From an uncultured Synergistia bacterium (GTDB lineage Bacteria > Synergistota > Synergistia > CAYRKT01), in assembly GCA_964425005.1 (NCBI GenBank), contig CAYRKT010000001.1:77980-141979 (forward strand): a stretch of DNA of 64,000 nt. Reading direction: 5' to 3'. Positions 52,142 to 60,603 of the stretch are shown here, piece by piece. Below the pieces are notes generated by a model that saw only the letters and a program-made list of their open reading frames with translations, was not told the origin of the DNA and ran no database searches. The first letter of the stretch is position 1, and each line of letters opens with the position of its first letter. The position numbers were made by a program, and so were the translations under genes.

Positions 52142-52888
52142 CTAGCTCACCCCCTTTCCAGAGACGAGCGTCAAATCGGGCAACCTGACGTATCGGGGCT
52201 CGGCCCCGGTAAGCAGGGTTCTGCCCAGGTCGTCGAAGGGAGCCATGGCGACCGCTATGGCCCTGGTGGAGGGAAACCACCCGCGCGAACCCAGAGGCCT
52301 CAGCGAGGGGATCACCTCAGAGAGGTCCGGGATGCCCTCTCCCACCACCTCCACAGGGGCCTCCGCCGACATCAGGGCCTCCATCAGCTCCGTCGTACCG
52401 CCGCAGCGGGGCCCGAGGAACCTCCCACGATCGGGCGAGAGCAAGCCGTAGTAGTAGAGGCCCGGCTTGGCCGGCAAGGCGGCCAGGACCGCGACCCCTC
52501 TGGCTCCCGCCCAGGGATAGGCCATCGCCTCCAGAGAACCCATCCCCAAGAGCTCGACCCCCAGCGCGAGCCCAAGTCCCCTAGCGTAGGCAAGCCCTAT
52601 CTTTATCCCCGTGAAGGACCCTGGACCCACCGTCACCGACACGGCCGAGAGGTCGAGGAGGGACCGAGAGGACCTGGAGAGCACCTCTTCCACCAAGAGG
52701 GGCAACAGCTCCGCGTGCCTTCGCGGAGCCCAGAGGGATTCAGCCGCCAGGAGCCTCCCACCCCCAGCGAGGGCCACCGAAGCCCAGTCCGAACAGGCAT
52801 CTATCCCCAAGACGAGATCATGGGCCAAAGCGCAACGCCTCCACCACCGGCGAGGTCGACGCCAGCGACCCCCACCTCCTGGCGGCAT
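52142..52888 (-). CDS. tsaB: tRNA threonylcarbamoyladenosine biosynthesis protein TsaB (start probably internal; the maximal ORF overlaps tsaE by 71 nt)
   Basis: LVLGIDACSDWASVALAGG..LDLSAVSVTVGPGSFTGIKIG.. is typical of YeaZ/TsaB. Confidence 0.75.
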   Translation of the reverse strand: MPPGGGGRWRRPRRWWRRCALAHDLVLGIDACSDWASVALAGGGRLLAAESLWAPRRHAELLPLLVEEVLSRSSRSLLDLSAVSVTVGPGSFTGIKIGLAYARGLGLALGVELLGMGSLEAMAYPWAGARGVAVLAALPAKPGLYYYGLLSPDRGRFLGPRCGGTTELMEALMSAEAPVEVVGEGIPDLSEVIPSLRPLGSRGWFPSTRAIAVAMAPFDDLGRTLLTGAEPRYVRLPDLTLVSGKGVS

Positions 52889-53339
52889 CCTCGCCCAGGG
52901 GCTTCACCTCCAGAAATCGCTCCTCCGGGGCCGAACCGAAGCTGAATCGAAGGGCAAACCCCCGAGAAGGGGCGTAGGACATCCTCTCAGCCCACTCCAC
53001 CAGGACCACCCAGCCCTCCGCCTCGTACTCCTCGAACGCTAGCCCCAGCTCGCCCCCCTCCACCCTGAACAGGTCCACGTGGAGGACCCTCAACCCCCCC
53101 GACGGGGGCGCGTACTCGAGGGCCACGAGGAAGGAGGGACTTCTCACCTCCCCCCCACAACCCAACCTCTCGCAGAAGCCCCTCGCGAACTCGGTCTTCC
53201 CCACGCCCATCTCGCCGAAGAGGAGGAAGAAATCGCCCCCCCTAGCGACCCTGGCCATCTCGCCAGCGAAGAGCCGCATCGATTCGACGCTCAGGACCCT
53301 AAGGAGCACCAGGGGCACACCCCTTAGCCCACAGGACAA
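52818..53339 (-). CDS. tsaE: tRNA threonylcarbamoyladenosine biosynthesis ATPase TsaE
   Basis: P-loop LLFGEMGVGKTEFARG, SPSFLVALEY, HVDLFRV, VLVEW motifs of YjeE/TsaE. Confidence 0.8.
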   Translation of the reverse strand: MSCGLRGVPLVLLRVLSVESMRLFAGEMARVARGGDFFLLFGEMGVGKTEFARGFCERLGCGGEVRSPSFLVALEYAPPSGGLRVLHVDLFRVEGGELGLAFEEYEAEGWVVLVEWAERMSYAPSRGFALRFSFGSAPEERFLEVKPLGEDAARRWGSLASTSPVVEALRFGP

Positions 53340-53345
53340 GAAATT

Positions 53346-53443
53346 TGGCGGAGGCGTGTGGGAATCGAACCCACCGGGAGCCGCCGAGGCAACCCCCCAC
53401 TGGATTTGAAGTCCAGGACACCCACCAGGACATATCCGCCTCC
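53346..53443 (-). tRNA. selC: tRNA-Sec (selenocysteine tRNA), anticodon TCA, about 98 nt with long variable arm, CCA encoded
   Basis: Anticodon arm CTGGA-CTTCAAA-TCCAG is identical to E. coli selC; long extra arm TGGGGGGTTGCCTCGGCGGCTCCC; T arm GTGGG-TTCGATT-CCCAC; discriminator G + CCA; acceptor GGAGGCG(G)/(A)CGCCTCC with a G:A at the 8th pair. Confidence 0.75.
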
Positions 53444-53455
53444 GCTCTTGGAGAG

Positions 53456-53464
53456 ATTATACCA
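53456..53464 (-). promoter_or_regulatory. Extended -10 promoter (TGgTATAAT) directly upstream of tRNA-Sec
   Basis: Minus strand reads ttagtttttTGgTATAATctctccaagag|tRNA. The predicted transcription start lies about 6 nt before the mature 5' end. Sits in the 50-nt gap after the fprA stop. Confidence 0.4.
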
Positions 53465-53493
53465 AAAACTAAGAGGTACCTTTCGGGATGCCC

Positions 53494-54702
53494 TCAGTAC
53501 TGACAGGCCTTGAGAAGCTGGGCCATCCTGCGCCCCATCTCCCTGCACCTGTCCAGGTCCTCGGCGGACGGAGAGGACTTGAACTCGAAGGACGGCTCCA
53601 CCAGCTCCCACGATCCGCTCTTCGTCAGCACCTCCTTCATCTGGGAGACGATCCCGGGACTCCAGGTGTAGCAACCTACCAAGCCCAGAAGCCTGCCCTC
53701 CATCTTCTTGTTGGCCAGGTGCCCCAGGAGCTCGCGAACCGGAGGGAAGATCTCGGCGTTGTAGGTGCAGGAGGCCAGCACCAGGGCCTTGAAGCGCCAT
53801 ATGTCCTTCACCACGAAGGAGGAGTGAACCCTGGAGGCGTCGTGGACCACTATCCTCTCTATCCCCTCCTCCGCCAGGGTCCTCGCCACGGCCTCGGCGG
53901 CCTTTCGGGTGTTGCCGTACATGGACCCGTAGACCACCACGGCGCCGCACTCGGTCCTGTGCTCGCTCCACCTCAGGTACCTTTCGACTATGGAGTTGGG
54001 CCTCCGGCGATGGATGGGGCCGTGGGAGGGAGCCACCACCCTTATCCTCAAAGAGGATAGCTTCTCTATCGCCGCCTTGACCGGCTTGCTGTAGCGACCG
54101 ACGATGTTCGAGAAGTACCTCAGGATCTCGTCCTCGTAGTACTCCATGTCGACCTCGTCGTCGAATATACCTCCGTCGAGACAACCGAAACCGCCGAAGG
54201 CGTCGCAGGAGAAGAGGACGCCCTCCCCCTCGTGGTAGGTGGCCATGGTCTCAGGCCAATGGACCATGGGTATGGTGTGGAAGGAGAGCGCGTGCCCACC
54301 GCCCAGGTCGAGCCTATCCCCGTCCTTCACCACCAGCACGTCTCGCTCCCCCAGTCCATAGAAGCTCTTTAGCATCTCGAGGGTCTTGGAGTTGCCCACG
54401 AACTTGAGCCCCGGATACAGAGCCTTCAGCATCCTGGCCGAACCAGAGTGATCGGGCTCCATGTGGTTTACCACCACGTAGCTCAACGGCCTGCCCCCTA
54501 GGACGGACCTCACCTTGTCCATCAGCTCGCCGAAGAAGGAGGACTTGACCGTGTCCACCAGCAACGCCTCGTCCCCCACCACCAGGTAGGAGTTGTAGGA
54601 GACACCCCTAGGAAGAGGCCAGTAGGCCTCGAAGAGATCGGTCTCGTGGTCGTTTACGCCCACCCAGTAGATGCCCTTGGCCACGGCCACCGCCTCGTGC
54701 AA
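53494..54702 (-). CDS. Flavodiiron protein (FprA / rubredoxin:oxygen oxidoreductase type)
   Basis: MBL-like di-iron domain with VVNHMEPDHSGS (H-x-E-x-D-H), HTIP, DAFGG, then a C-terminal flavodoxin-like domain; 402 aa. Confidence 0.85.
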   Translation of the reverse strand: MHEAVAVAKGIYWVGVNDHETDLFEAYWPLPRGVSYNSYLVVGDEALLVDTVKSSFFGELMDKVRSVLGGRPLSYVVVNHMEPDHSGSARMLKALYPGLKFVGNSKTLEMLKSFYGLGERDVLVVKDGDRLDLGGGHALSFHTIPMVHWPETMATYHEGEGVLFSCDAFGGFGCLDGGIFDDEVDMEYYEDEILRYFSNIVGRYSKPVKAAIEKLSSLRIRVVAPSHGPIHRRRPNSIVERYLRWSEHRTECGAVVVYGSMYGNTRKAAEAVARTLAEEGIERIVVHDASRVHSSFVVKDIWRFKALVLASCTYNAEIFPPVRELLGHLANKKMEGRLLGLVGCYTWSPGIVSQMKEVLTKSGSWELVEPSFEFKSSPSAEDLDRCREMGRRMAQLLKACQY

Positions 54703-54911
54703 CTAAAATCACCTCCACCGCTCGATTCGCAGGACCCAGGCGCTTAATGGGGCCGTCGATCCTGCTATACTTTATTCCGAGGTCAACAACTTCGGGGAGG
54801 AGAGGATGTCAGGCCATGAGGGACAGCTGCGGTCAAAGGTGCGTCCAAAGCTATTATAGCATCGCCCTCTGGAACGCATACGGCCCTCTGAGGACCTCGA
54901 TAGAACGAAGC

Positions 54912-55502
54912 ATGAAACGTCTGCTCCAACCGCTGGTCTGCCTCCTCGTGGGGGTGGGCGTGTCGCCCAACCTCTTGAGCCTCTTGGGGGTGGCGGGCAA
55001 CGCGCTGGGAGGGATCCTCTTCGCCCTGGACGAGTACAGGCTTGCCGGGTTAACGACCCTCCTGGCTGGCACCATGGACGTCCTGGACGGAGAGGTGGCC
55101 AGGTCCGGCAGGTCCGAGAGCAAGTTCGGCGCGCTGCTGGACTCCACCCTGGACAGGTACTCGGAGATGCTGGTCTTCTGCGGCTTGGCCTCCAGCTCAT
55201 ATTGGGATGGATCTTCCCTCGGCTTCGCCGTCCTGTTGCTCTCCCTCGCAGGAGCTACCGGCTCGATGATGGTGAGCTACATCAGGGCCAGGGCCGAGTC
55301 CCTGGGGATGGAGTGCAAGACTGGGCTCTTTCAGAGACCCGAGAGGGTGATCATCCTGGGACTGGGCAGCTTGATCGTCGGCAAGGGACCTCTGATGATC
55401 CTGCCCCTCGCCCTCATAGCCGTTGGGACCAACTTCACCGCCCTCGAGAGGTTGACCCACTGCATGAGGGTCTCCCGGCGAGGGGATACCTCCGCCGGAT
55501 GA
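54912..55502 (+). CDS. CDP-alcohol phosphatidyltransferase family protein (start at internal ATG; the ORF extends to 54747)
   Basis: DVLDGEVARSGRSESKFGALLDSTLDRYSE = D-G-x2-A-R-x8-G-x3-D-x3-D motif; downstream SYIRARAESLG and transmembrane segments. Confidence 0.75.
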   Translation: MKRLLQPLVCLLVGVGVSPNLLSLLGVAGNALGGILFALDEYRLAGLTTLLAGTMDVLDGEVARSGRSESKFGALLDSTLDRYSEMLVFCGLASSSYWDGSSLGFAVLLLSLAGATGSMMVSYIRARAESLGMECKTGLFQRPERVIILGLGSLIVGKGPLMILPLALIAVGTNFTALERLTHCMRVSRRGDTSAG

Positions 55503-56402
55503 GGGGTCGAAGGGCTCGACGTGGACCACCACCGTGGACCTGTGCCCCAGGTATGAGCCCAAGGTCGACTCGACCCGAGAGGCTATCTCGTGGGCCTTGA
55601 CCACGTCCAGGGAGGGATCCACCAGCACGTGCAGGTCCACGCTGGCGTACGGCCCAAGCCTCCTGATCCTCACCTTGTGGAAGTCCATGACCCCGGGCAC
55701 CTCGCCCACCAGGGATTTGACCCTCTCCACCTCCTCGCCGGAGGGGATGCCGTCCATGAGCTCGTGGACGCTGCTCAGCAGGAGCGGAAGGGCCGACCAC
55801 CCTATGAACAGCCCCACCACTGCGGCCGCGAGGCCGTCCAGCCCCACCAGCGCGCCGCCAAGGCGGGATAGCCCAGTGCCGGCGACCACCACCACGGAGG
55901 AGAGGGCGTCCGACCTGTGCTCCAGCCCCTTCGCCTTGAGTAGGTCGTTGCGCAAGGCCTCGGACCTCAGGATGGTGTACCTGGCGAGCAACTCCTTGGA
56001 GACCACGGACGAGAGGGCGAGCCAGAAGGCAAGCGGCTCCGGCGGCTCTAGGAGACGGGATCCCAAAGAAAACCCCAAGAAGTCCCGAAGGCCCAAGAAG
56101 ACGAACAGAAAGGCCACCCCCACGAGCGATGAGCCGCAGAGCAAAGTGGCCAGCGTCTCGGCTCTTCCGTGCCCGTAGGGGTGGCGCTCGTCGGCCGGCC
56201 TGGAGGAGAGCTTAACGCTCCAGATGGCCACCAGATCGGTGATGAGGTCCGCCGAGGAGTGGAAGGCGTCGCTCACCAGCGAGATGCTTCCAGCCCAGAT
56301 TCCCCCCGCTAGCTTAGCGGCCACGAGCAGGGAGTTGACCCAAAGGCCCAGCCTGAGGACCCTAAGCTCGTCCCCCGCCCCCACGCCCGGCGCAGCGCCC
56401 AA
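55197..56402 (-). CDS. Cation diffusion facilitator (CDF) family metal efflux transporter with a long His/Asp-rich C-terminal tail
   Basis: LVSDAFHSSADLITDLVAI..ERHPYGHGRAETLATLL (CDF transmembrane signature) and cytoplasmic C-terminal domain ending about ..VVVHVEP. The ORF continues about 100 codons further (GGGIPSPGDPH..DDHPLG..VAHHHRAG), antisense to the CDP-alcohol phosphatidyltransferase gene. Confidence 0.75.
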   Translation of the reverse strand: MGAAPGVGAGDELRVLRLGLWVNSLLVAAKLAGGIWAGSISLVSDAFHSSADLITDLVAIWSVKLSSRPADERHPYGHGRAETLATLLCGSSLVGVAFLFVFLGLRDFLGFSLGSRLLEPPEPLAFWLALSSVVSKELLARYTILRSEALRNDLLKAKGLEHRSDALSSVVVVAGTGLSRLGGALVGLDGLAAAVVGLFIGWSALPLLLSSVHELMDGIPSGEEVERVKSLVGEVPGVMDFHKVRIRRLGPYASVDLHVLVDPSLDVVKAHEIASRVESTLGSYLGHRSTVVVHVEPFDPSSGGGIPSPGDPHAVGQPLEGGEVGPNGYEGEGQDHQRSLADDQAAQSQDDHPLGSLKEPSLALHPQGLGPGPDVAHHHRAGSSCEGEQQDGEAEGRSIPI

Positions 56403-56403
56403 G

Positions 56404-57357
56404 CTATCCCTCCTTGGGGACCACGTGCGTCCCGGCCCTGCCCTCCAGGGCCTCCAGCGCCTCGTTAAGGCTGGCTATTATACCCCTCCTGCCGCCCCAC
56501 TCGACGAACCTGAGGACCGCTTCCACCTTGGGCCCCATGCTGCCGCTCTTGAAGTGCCCCTCCCGCTGGAGTGCCCTCATGGTGGGCACGTCCACCACGT
56601 CCAGCCACCTCTCGTCGGGCTGCCTGAAGTTAACGGCCACCTTAGGCACGTCGGTGAGGATGAGCAGGACGTCGGCCCTCACAGTCTCCGCCAGCTTCTC
56701 CCCGGCCAGGTCCTTGTCTATCACCGCCTCCACCCCGCGGAGCTTGCCGCTCTCGTCCCTCACCACCGGTATGCCGCCGCCTCCGGAGGCTATCACCACC
56801 ACGCCGGCCTCCAGCATCGCCTTGATGACCTCGCTCTCCACGATGGACTTGGGCTGCGGAGAGGGCACCACCCTGCGCCAACCCCTGCCCGCGTCCTCCA
56901 CCCAGACCTCCCCGGTGGCCTCCATCCTGCGCCTGGCCTCCTCCTCGGTGTAGAAGGGTCCCACGGGCTTGGTCGGGTTCTTGAAGGAGGGATCGGAGGG
57001 GTCCACCTCCACCTGGGTCACCACGCAGGCCACCTCCTTCCGGATCCCCTCCTCCAGGAAGGCGTTGCGCAGGTTCTGGGATATCATGTAGCCTATCATG
57101 CCCTGGCTCTCGGCCCCGCAGACGTCCATGGGCATGGCGGGCACCTGGGAGCTTCCCAGCTCGTTCTGGATCATTATGGCGCCCACCTGAGGACCGTTCC
57201 CGTGGGTTATGACCACCTCGTAGCCCGCCTTGACCATCTTGGCTATCTGCTTGCAGGTGTGTCGCACGTTCTCCATCTGCTCCTGGGCGGTCCCCTTCTG
57301 CTTGGGCTGCAGTATGGCGTTGCCTCCCAGAGCCACCACTATCCTGCCCTTTCCCAT
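56404..57357 (-). CDS. arcC: Carbamate kinase
   Basis: [43 protein letters not shown] is typical of carbamate kinase; 317 aa. No arcA/arcB in the window. Confidence 0.85.
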   Translation of the reverse strand: MGKGRIVVALGGNAILQPKQKGTAQEQMENVRHTCKQIAKMVKAGYEVVITHGNGPQVGAIMIQNELGSSQVPAMPMDVCGAESQGMIGYMISQNLRNAFLEEGIRKEVACVVTQVEVDPSDPSFKNPTKPVGPFYTEEEARRRMEATGEVWVEDAGRGWRRVVPSPQPKSIVESEVIKAMLEAGVVVIASGGGGIPVVRDESGKLRGVEAVIDKDLAGEKLAETVRADVLLILTDVPKVAVNFRQPDERWLDVVDVPTMRALQREGHFKSGSMGPKVEAVLRFVEWGGRRGIIASLNEALEALEGRAGTHVVPKEG

Positions 57358-57376
57358 AAATTCCTCCCCCCTTGTG

Positions 57377-58714
57377 CTATCTCCTGTTCCTCCATTCCAC
57401 CCTCAGAGGAGTCCCTCTAAGCTCCAGAGCCTCCCTGAGCCTTCTCTCAACCATCCTCTCGAAAGAGCTATCCACCAGGTCAGATTGGTTGACGAAGAAG
57501 ACGAAGCGAGGTGGGCGAGTCCCCGCCTGGACGCAGTAGTACACGTTCAAGTGCCTACCCCTTCCGTCCGAGGGCATTCTCTCAAAGGCCAAAATTTCCT
57601 TAACCAGGGCGTTGAGCCTGGCAGTGGGAACCCTCCTGGACCAGTTATCGTAGGCCTCCAGTACGTAGCTAGGGATGCGGAGCACGTTCCTCTTGGTCCT
57701 GGCGGAGACGAAGAGCAGGGGAGCCCAGCTCACAAACCCCATCTCCCTCTCGATGAACTTGACGAAGCGCCCCCCTACGAGCTCGTCCTTGGGGACCAAG
57801 TCCCACTTGTTGAGGATCAAAACCAGGGCCTTGCCCCTACTTTTGACCTCCTCGGCGAGCTTCTTGTCCTGATCCGTGGCGGGCTCGGTGGCGTCCATGA
57901 TCAGAAGGGCCACGTCCGCCCTATCGAGGGCCCTCAGGGCCCGCACCACCGAGTAGTACTCCACGTCGTCCCTTATCCTGGACCTGCGCCTCACGCCCGC
58001 GGTGTCCAGGAAACGGTAGCGTCGACCCTCCACCTCTAAGATGCTGTCCACCACGTCCCTCGTCGTGCCAGGCACTTCGCTCACTATGCTTCGCTCGTCC
58101 CCCAACAAGGCGTTGAAAAGCGATGACTTTCCCACGTTGGGCCTGCCCAGTATGGCCACGGAGATCTCGCTCTCCGCCTCAGCCCTATCGCGAGCCTCCT
58201 GGGGCAAAAGGGGCAGGACCACCTCCATGAGCTCAGCCACGCCCAGGCCGTGTTCCGCTGATACGCCCACCACCCTCTCGAAGCCGAGCTCGTACCCGCA
58301 ATAGACGCTGGCGCTGTCCTTAGGGGAGTCTATCTTGTTGACCACCACCACCACTTCTTTGCCGTGCCTGCGCAGGAGCTCCCCCACCTCTTTGTCCACG
58401 TGGTCGACGCCCCTCTTGCCGTCCACCACCAGCAGCACCACGTCGGCCTCCTTGATGGAGAGCATCACCTGCCTTCGCACGGCCTCGTCGAAGGGGTTGT
58501 CGTCCCCGAGGAAGAGACCGCCCGTGTCCACCAGGTAGAAGCTCTTGCCCTCCCAGCTGACCTCCCCGTACAACCTGTCCCTCGTCACGCCAGGGACGTC
58601 GTCCGTTATGGCGAGCCTCCTTCCGATCAACCTGTTGAAGAGCGTCGACTTGCCCACGTTCGGCTTACCCACTATCGTCACAACGGCCAACCACACCACC
58701 CCCGCAAGAGACAA
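57377..58714 (-). CDS. der: Ribosome biogenesis GTPase Der (EngA), tandem G domains + KH-like domain
   Basis: [18 protein letters not shown] and [19 protein letters not shown]-loops, two NKxD motifs; 445 aa. Confidence 0.9.
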   Translation of the reverse strand: MSLAGVVWLAVVTIVGKPNVGKSTLFNRLIGRRLAITDDVPGVTRDRLYGEVSWEGKSFYLVDTGGLFLGDDNPFDEAVRRQVMLSIKEADVVLLVVDGKRGVDHVDKEVGELLRRHGKEVVVVVNKIDSPKDSASVYCGYELGFERVVGVSAEHGLGVAELMEVVLPLLPQEARDRAEAESEISVAILGRPNVGKSSLFNALLGDERSIVSEVPGTTRDVVDSILEVEGRRYRFLDTAGVRRRSRIRDDVEYYSVVRALRALDRADVALLIMDATEPATDQDKKLAEEVKSRGKALVLILNKWDLVPKDELVGGRFVKFIEREMGFVSWAPLLFVSARTKRNVLRIPSYVLEAYDNWSRRVPTARLNALVKEILAFERMPSDGRGRHLNVYYCVQAGTRPPRFVFFVNQSDLVDSSFERMVERRLREALELRGTPLRVEWRNRR

Positions 58715-58718
58715 CCCC

Positions 58719-60587
58719 TCAATCCCTCAGGACCTCGATGGACCTGACCGCGAGGGACCTCCCACCAGGGCGGCGAAGCGCGAAGAAACCAGCCATCCAG
58801 CCTCTCACGCCCTCGTGATCCGAGGATCTGAGGCAGACCTCCAGATCCTCCCCCTCCTCGCTGACCCCAATGAGCTCCGCGAAGGACGGCAAGGACGACG
58901 TGAAGCCCTCCCCTCCTCCCCTAAGGGCGAGCCGAAGCCTATACAGGTTAACGAAAGGAGGATAGCCAAAAATCCGCCTCCCTTCAAGCTCCACGCTCCA
59001 CATGTTTTGAGGTCCTCCTTTTAAGGCGTTGACAAACCAGGAACGGGGGTTCCTGGTCTGCACGTAGACCTCCCTCTCCTCGCCGGGCCTGAGCCCCCTG
59101 TAGCCCGACTGCAGGATGGCCCCGTAGAGCCTGGGGACCACGTCGTAGTCCGGCCTGGATAGCTCGAGCTCCAGGTCGAGCCAGGCGCAAAGGGGGACCC
59201 TCGCGGACTCGAGCACGTCGAGGGACCCACGACTGCCCAGGATCAAGCCGCCCCCTCTCGCCCACCCCAACACCTCGGCGAGCGCCCTCCTGGAGAGATC
59301 CCCCCTCAGCACCGCCGTCTTCCCCTCGCCGAACAACCCACCGGCCACCTCGGCGTAGGCCTCAAGCCCTGGGGAGAGATAGCGCCTAAAGGGGGACCCA
59401 CACCTGGGGCACCTCTCGCTCGGATCGCCGGAGACGCCGCACCACCTGCACCTCTGTCCGCCGGACCTCGACAGGGAAAGGGGCCGCGAGCACCTGGGAC
59501 AGCTCATGGTCGTCCCGCAATCCTCACAGACCGCCAAGGCGGCGTAACCCTTCCTGTCCAGCAACCAGAGGACGATTCCCCCCGAGTCCAGCACCTTCCT
59601 CGTAGCGCTCACGAGGGCTGGGGAGATCCTGGTTCCCCCCACGGGGCCAAGATCCCTGGCCCTCCTCAGGTCCACCACGTGCAGGCTCACCCCGTCGCGC
59701 GACCTGAAGGGCACCCTCTCCCTCCAGAGGAGCTCGCCCGAGGCGCCAGACCTCAGGGCCCTGTAGGAACGGCTCGACGGCATGTCGCCTCCGAGGACCA
59801 GCTTGAAGCCCTCGACCTTCGACCTCATGTAGGCCACAGTCCTGGCGTTTATCGTCCCGTGCCTCTGGGATATCAGATACGGGGAGGCCTCTTGCTCCAC
59901 CACCATCAGCCCCAAGCGCGGCGAGGGCACGAAGACGGAGGAGCGCGCCCCCACCACCACCTTCCCTCCCCGGCTCAGCCTGAGCTCCAGCCAAAGGGAG
60001 AGCGCCCTCCTGGAGGAAAAACCCCTCCAGAGGTGAAGCTCAAGGCCCTTCAAGCGCTCTCTGGCGAAGGAGAAAAATCTCTCCGCCGAGGAGACCTCGG
60101 GGAAGACGAGCACCGCGTCCTCGCCCCTCTCGGCCGCACCTTCAGCCTCCGCGCAGTAGAAATCCCACCTCTCCCACTCCTTGAAGGAGTAGAAGAGAAA
60201 AAGCTTTCCCTCCCCACCTTCCGACCTGGCCGGCAGGGGCTCCCGGATCGGCTCCAGCCTGGGAGGACACATCTGGGCCAACACCAGACCTCTGGAGGTG
60301 AGGAAGAGCTTGCCTATCTCGTCCGACAGCGCCCAAAGCCCGTCGGTGAGGAAGGGATAGAGGTCCACGGGACACAGATCGTCCCGCAGCGCGCTGAGGT
60401 CCGGCAACCCCCGCGGGTGCTCGCCGTCCAGGGGGCGACAGCTCACCACCCATCCCCTTCTCCTCGACCTCCCAAGCGGCAGGTCCACCCTCACCCCCGC
60501 CGCCAGGGGCGCGCGGGAGAGATAAAAAAGGTTGTCCCACCAAGGGGCGGGACAACAGGCCTCGACCAGGTAGAGTTCCTCCGACAT
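58719..60587 (-). CDS. priA: Primosomal protein N' (PriA) homologue with degenerate helicase motifs (probable pseudohelicase)
   Basis: PriA-like N-terminal 3'-DNA-binding region, VVVGARSSVFVP (cf. IVIGTRSALFTP) and Cys-rich zinc region CEDCGTTMSCPRCSRPLSL..CRWCG are retained. Walker A is SEGGEGKL (vs GVTGSGKT), DEEH box is VEQEA, motif III is GGDMP (vs GSATP), motif VI is QSGYRGLR (vs QVAGRAGR). Confidence 0.75.
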   Translation of the reverse strand: MSEELYLVEACCPAPWWDNLFYLSRAPLAAGVRVDLPLGRSRRRGWVVSCRPLDGEHPRGLPDLSALRDDLCPVDLYPFLTDGLWALSDEIGKLFLTSRGLVLAQMCPPRLEPIREPLPARSEGGEGKLFLFYSFKEWERWDFYCAEAEGAAERGEDAVLVFPEVSSAERFFSFARERLKGLELHLWRGFSSRRALSLWLELRLSRGGKVVVGARSSVFVPSPRLGLMVVEQEASPYLISQRHGTINARTVAYMRSKVEGFKLVLGGDMPSSRSYRALRSGASGELLWRERVPFRSRDGVSLHVVDLRRARDLGPVGGTRISPALVSATRKVLDSGGIVLWLLDRKGYAALAVCEDCGTTMSCPRCSRPLSLSRSGGQRCRWCGVSGDPSERCPRCGSPFRRYLSPGLEAYAEVAGGLFGEGKTAVLRGDLSRRALAEVLGWARGGGLILGSRGSLDVLESARVPLCAWLDLELELSRPDYDVVPRLYGAILQSGYRGLRPGEEREVYVQTRNPRSWFVNALKGGPQNMWSVELEGRRIFGYPPFVNLYRLRLALRGGGEGFTSSLPSFAELIGVSEEGEDLEVCLRSSDHEGVRGWMAGFFALRRPGGRSLAVRSIEVLRD

Positions 60588-60603
60588 CCCTAGGACCCAG
60601 GGC

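Noticed and set aside
55435-55800. Short ORFs inside the CDF / CDP-alcohol transferase overlap (for example 55435..55800 minus, 55202..55600 plus)
   Set aside because: Alternate frames of well-supported genes with Arg/Gly/Pro-rich translations; no independent support.
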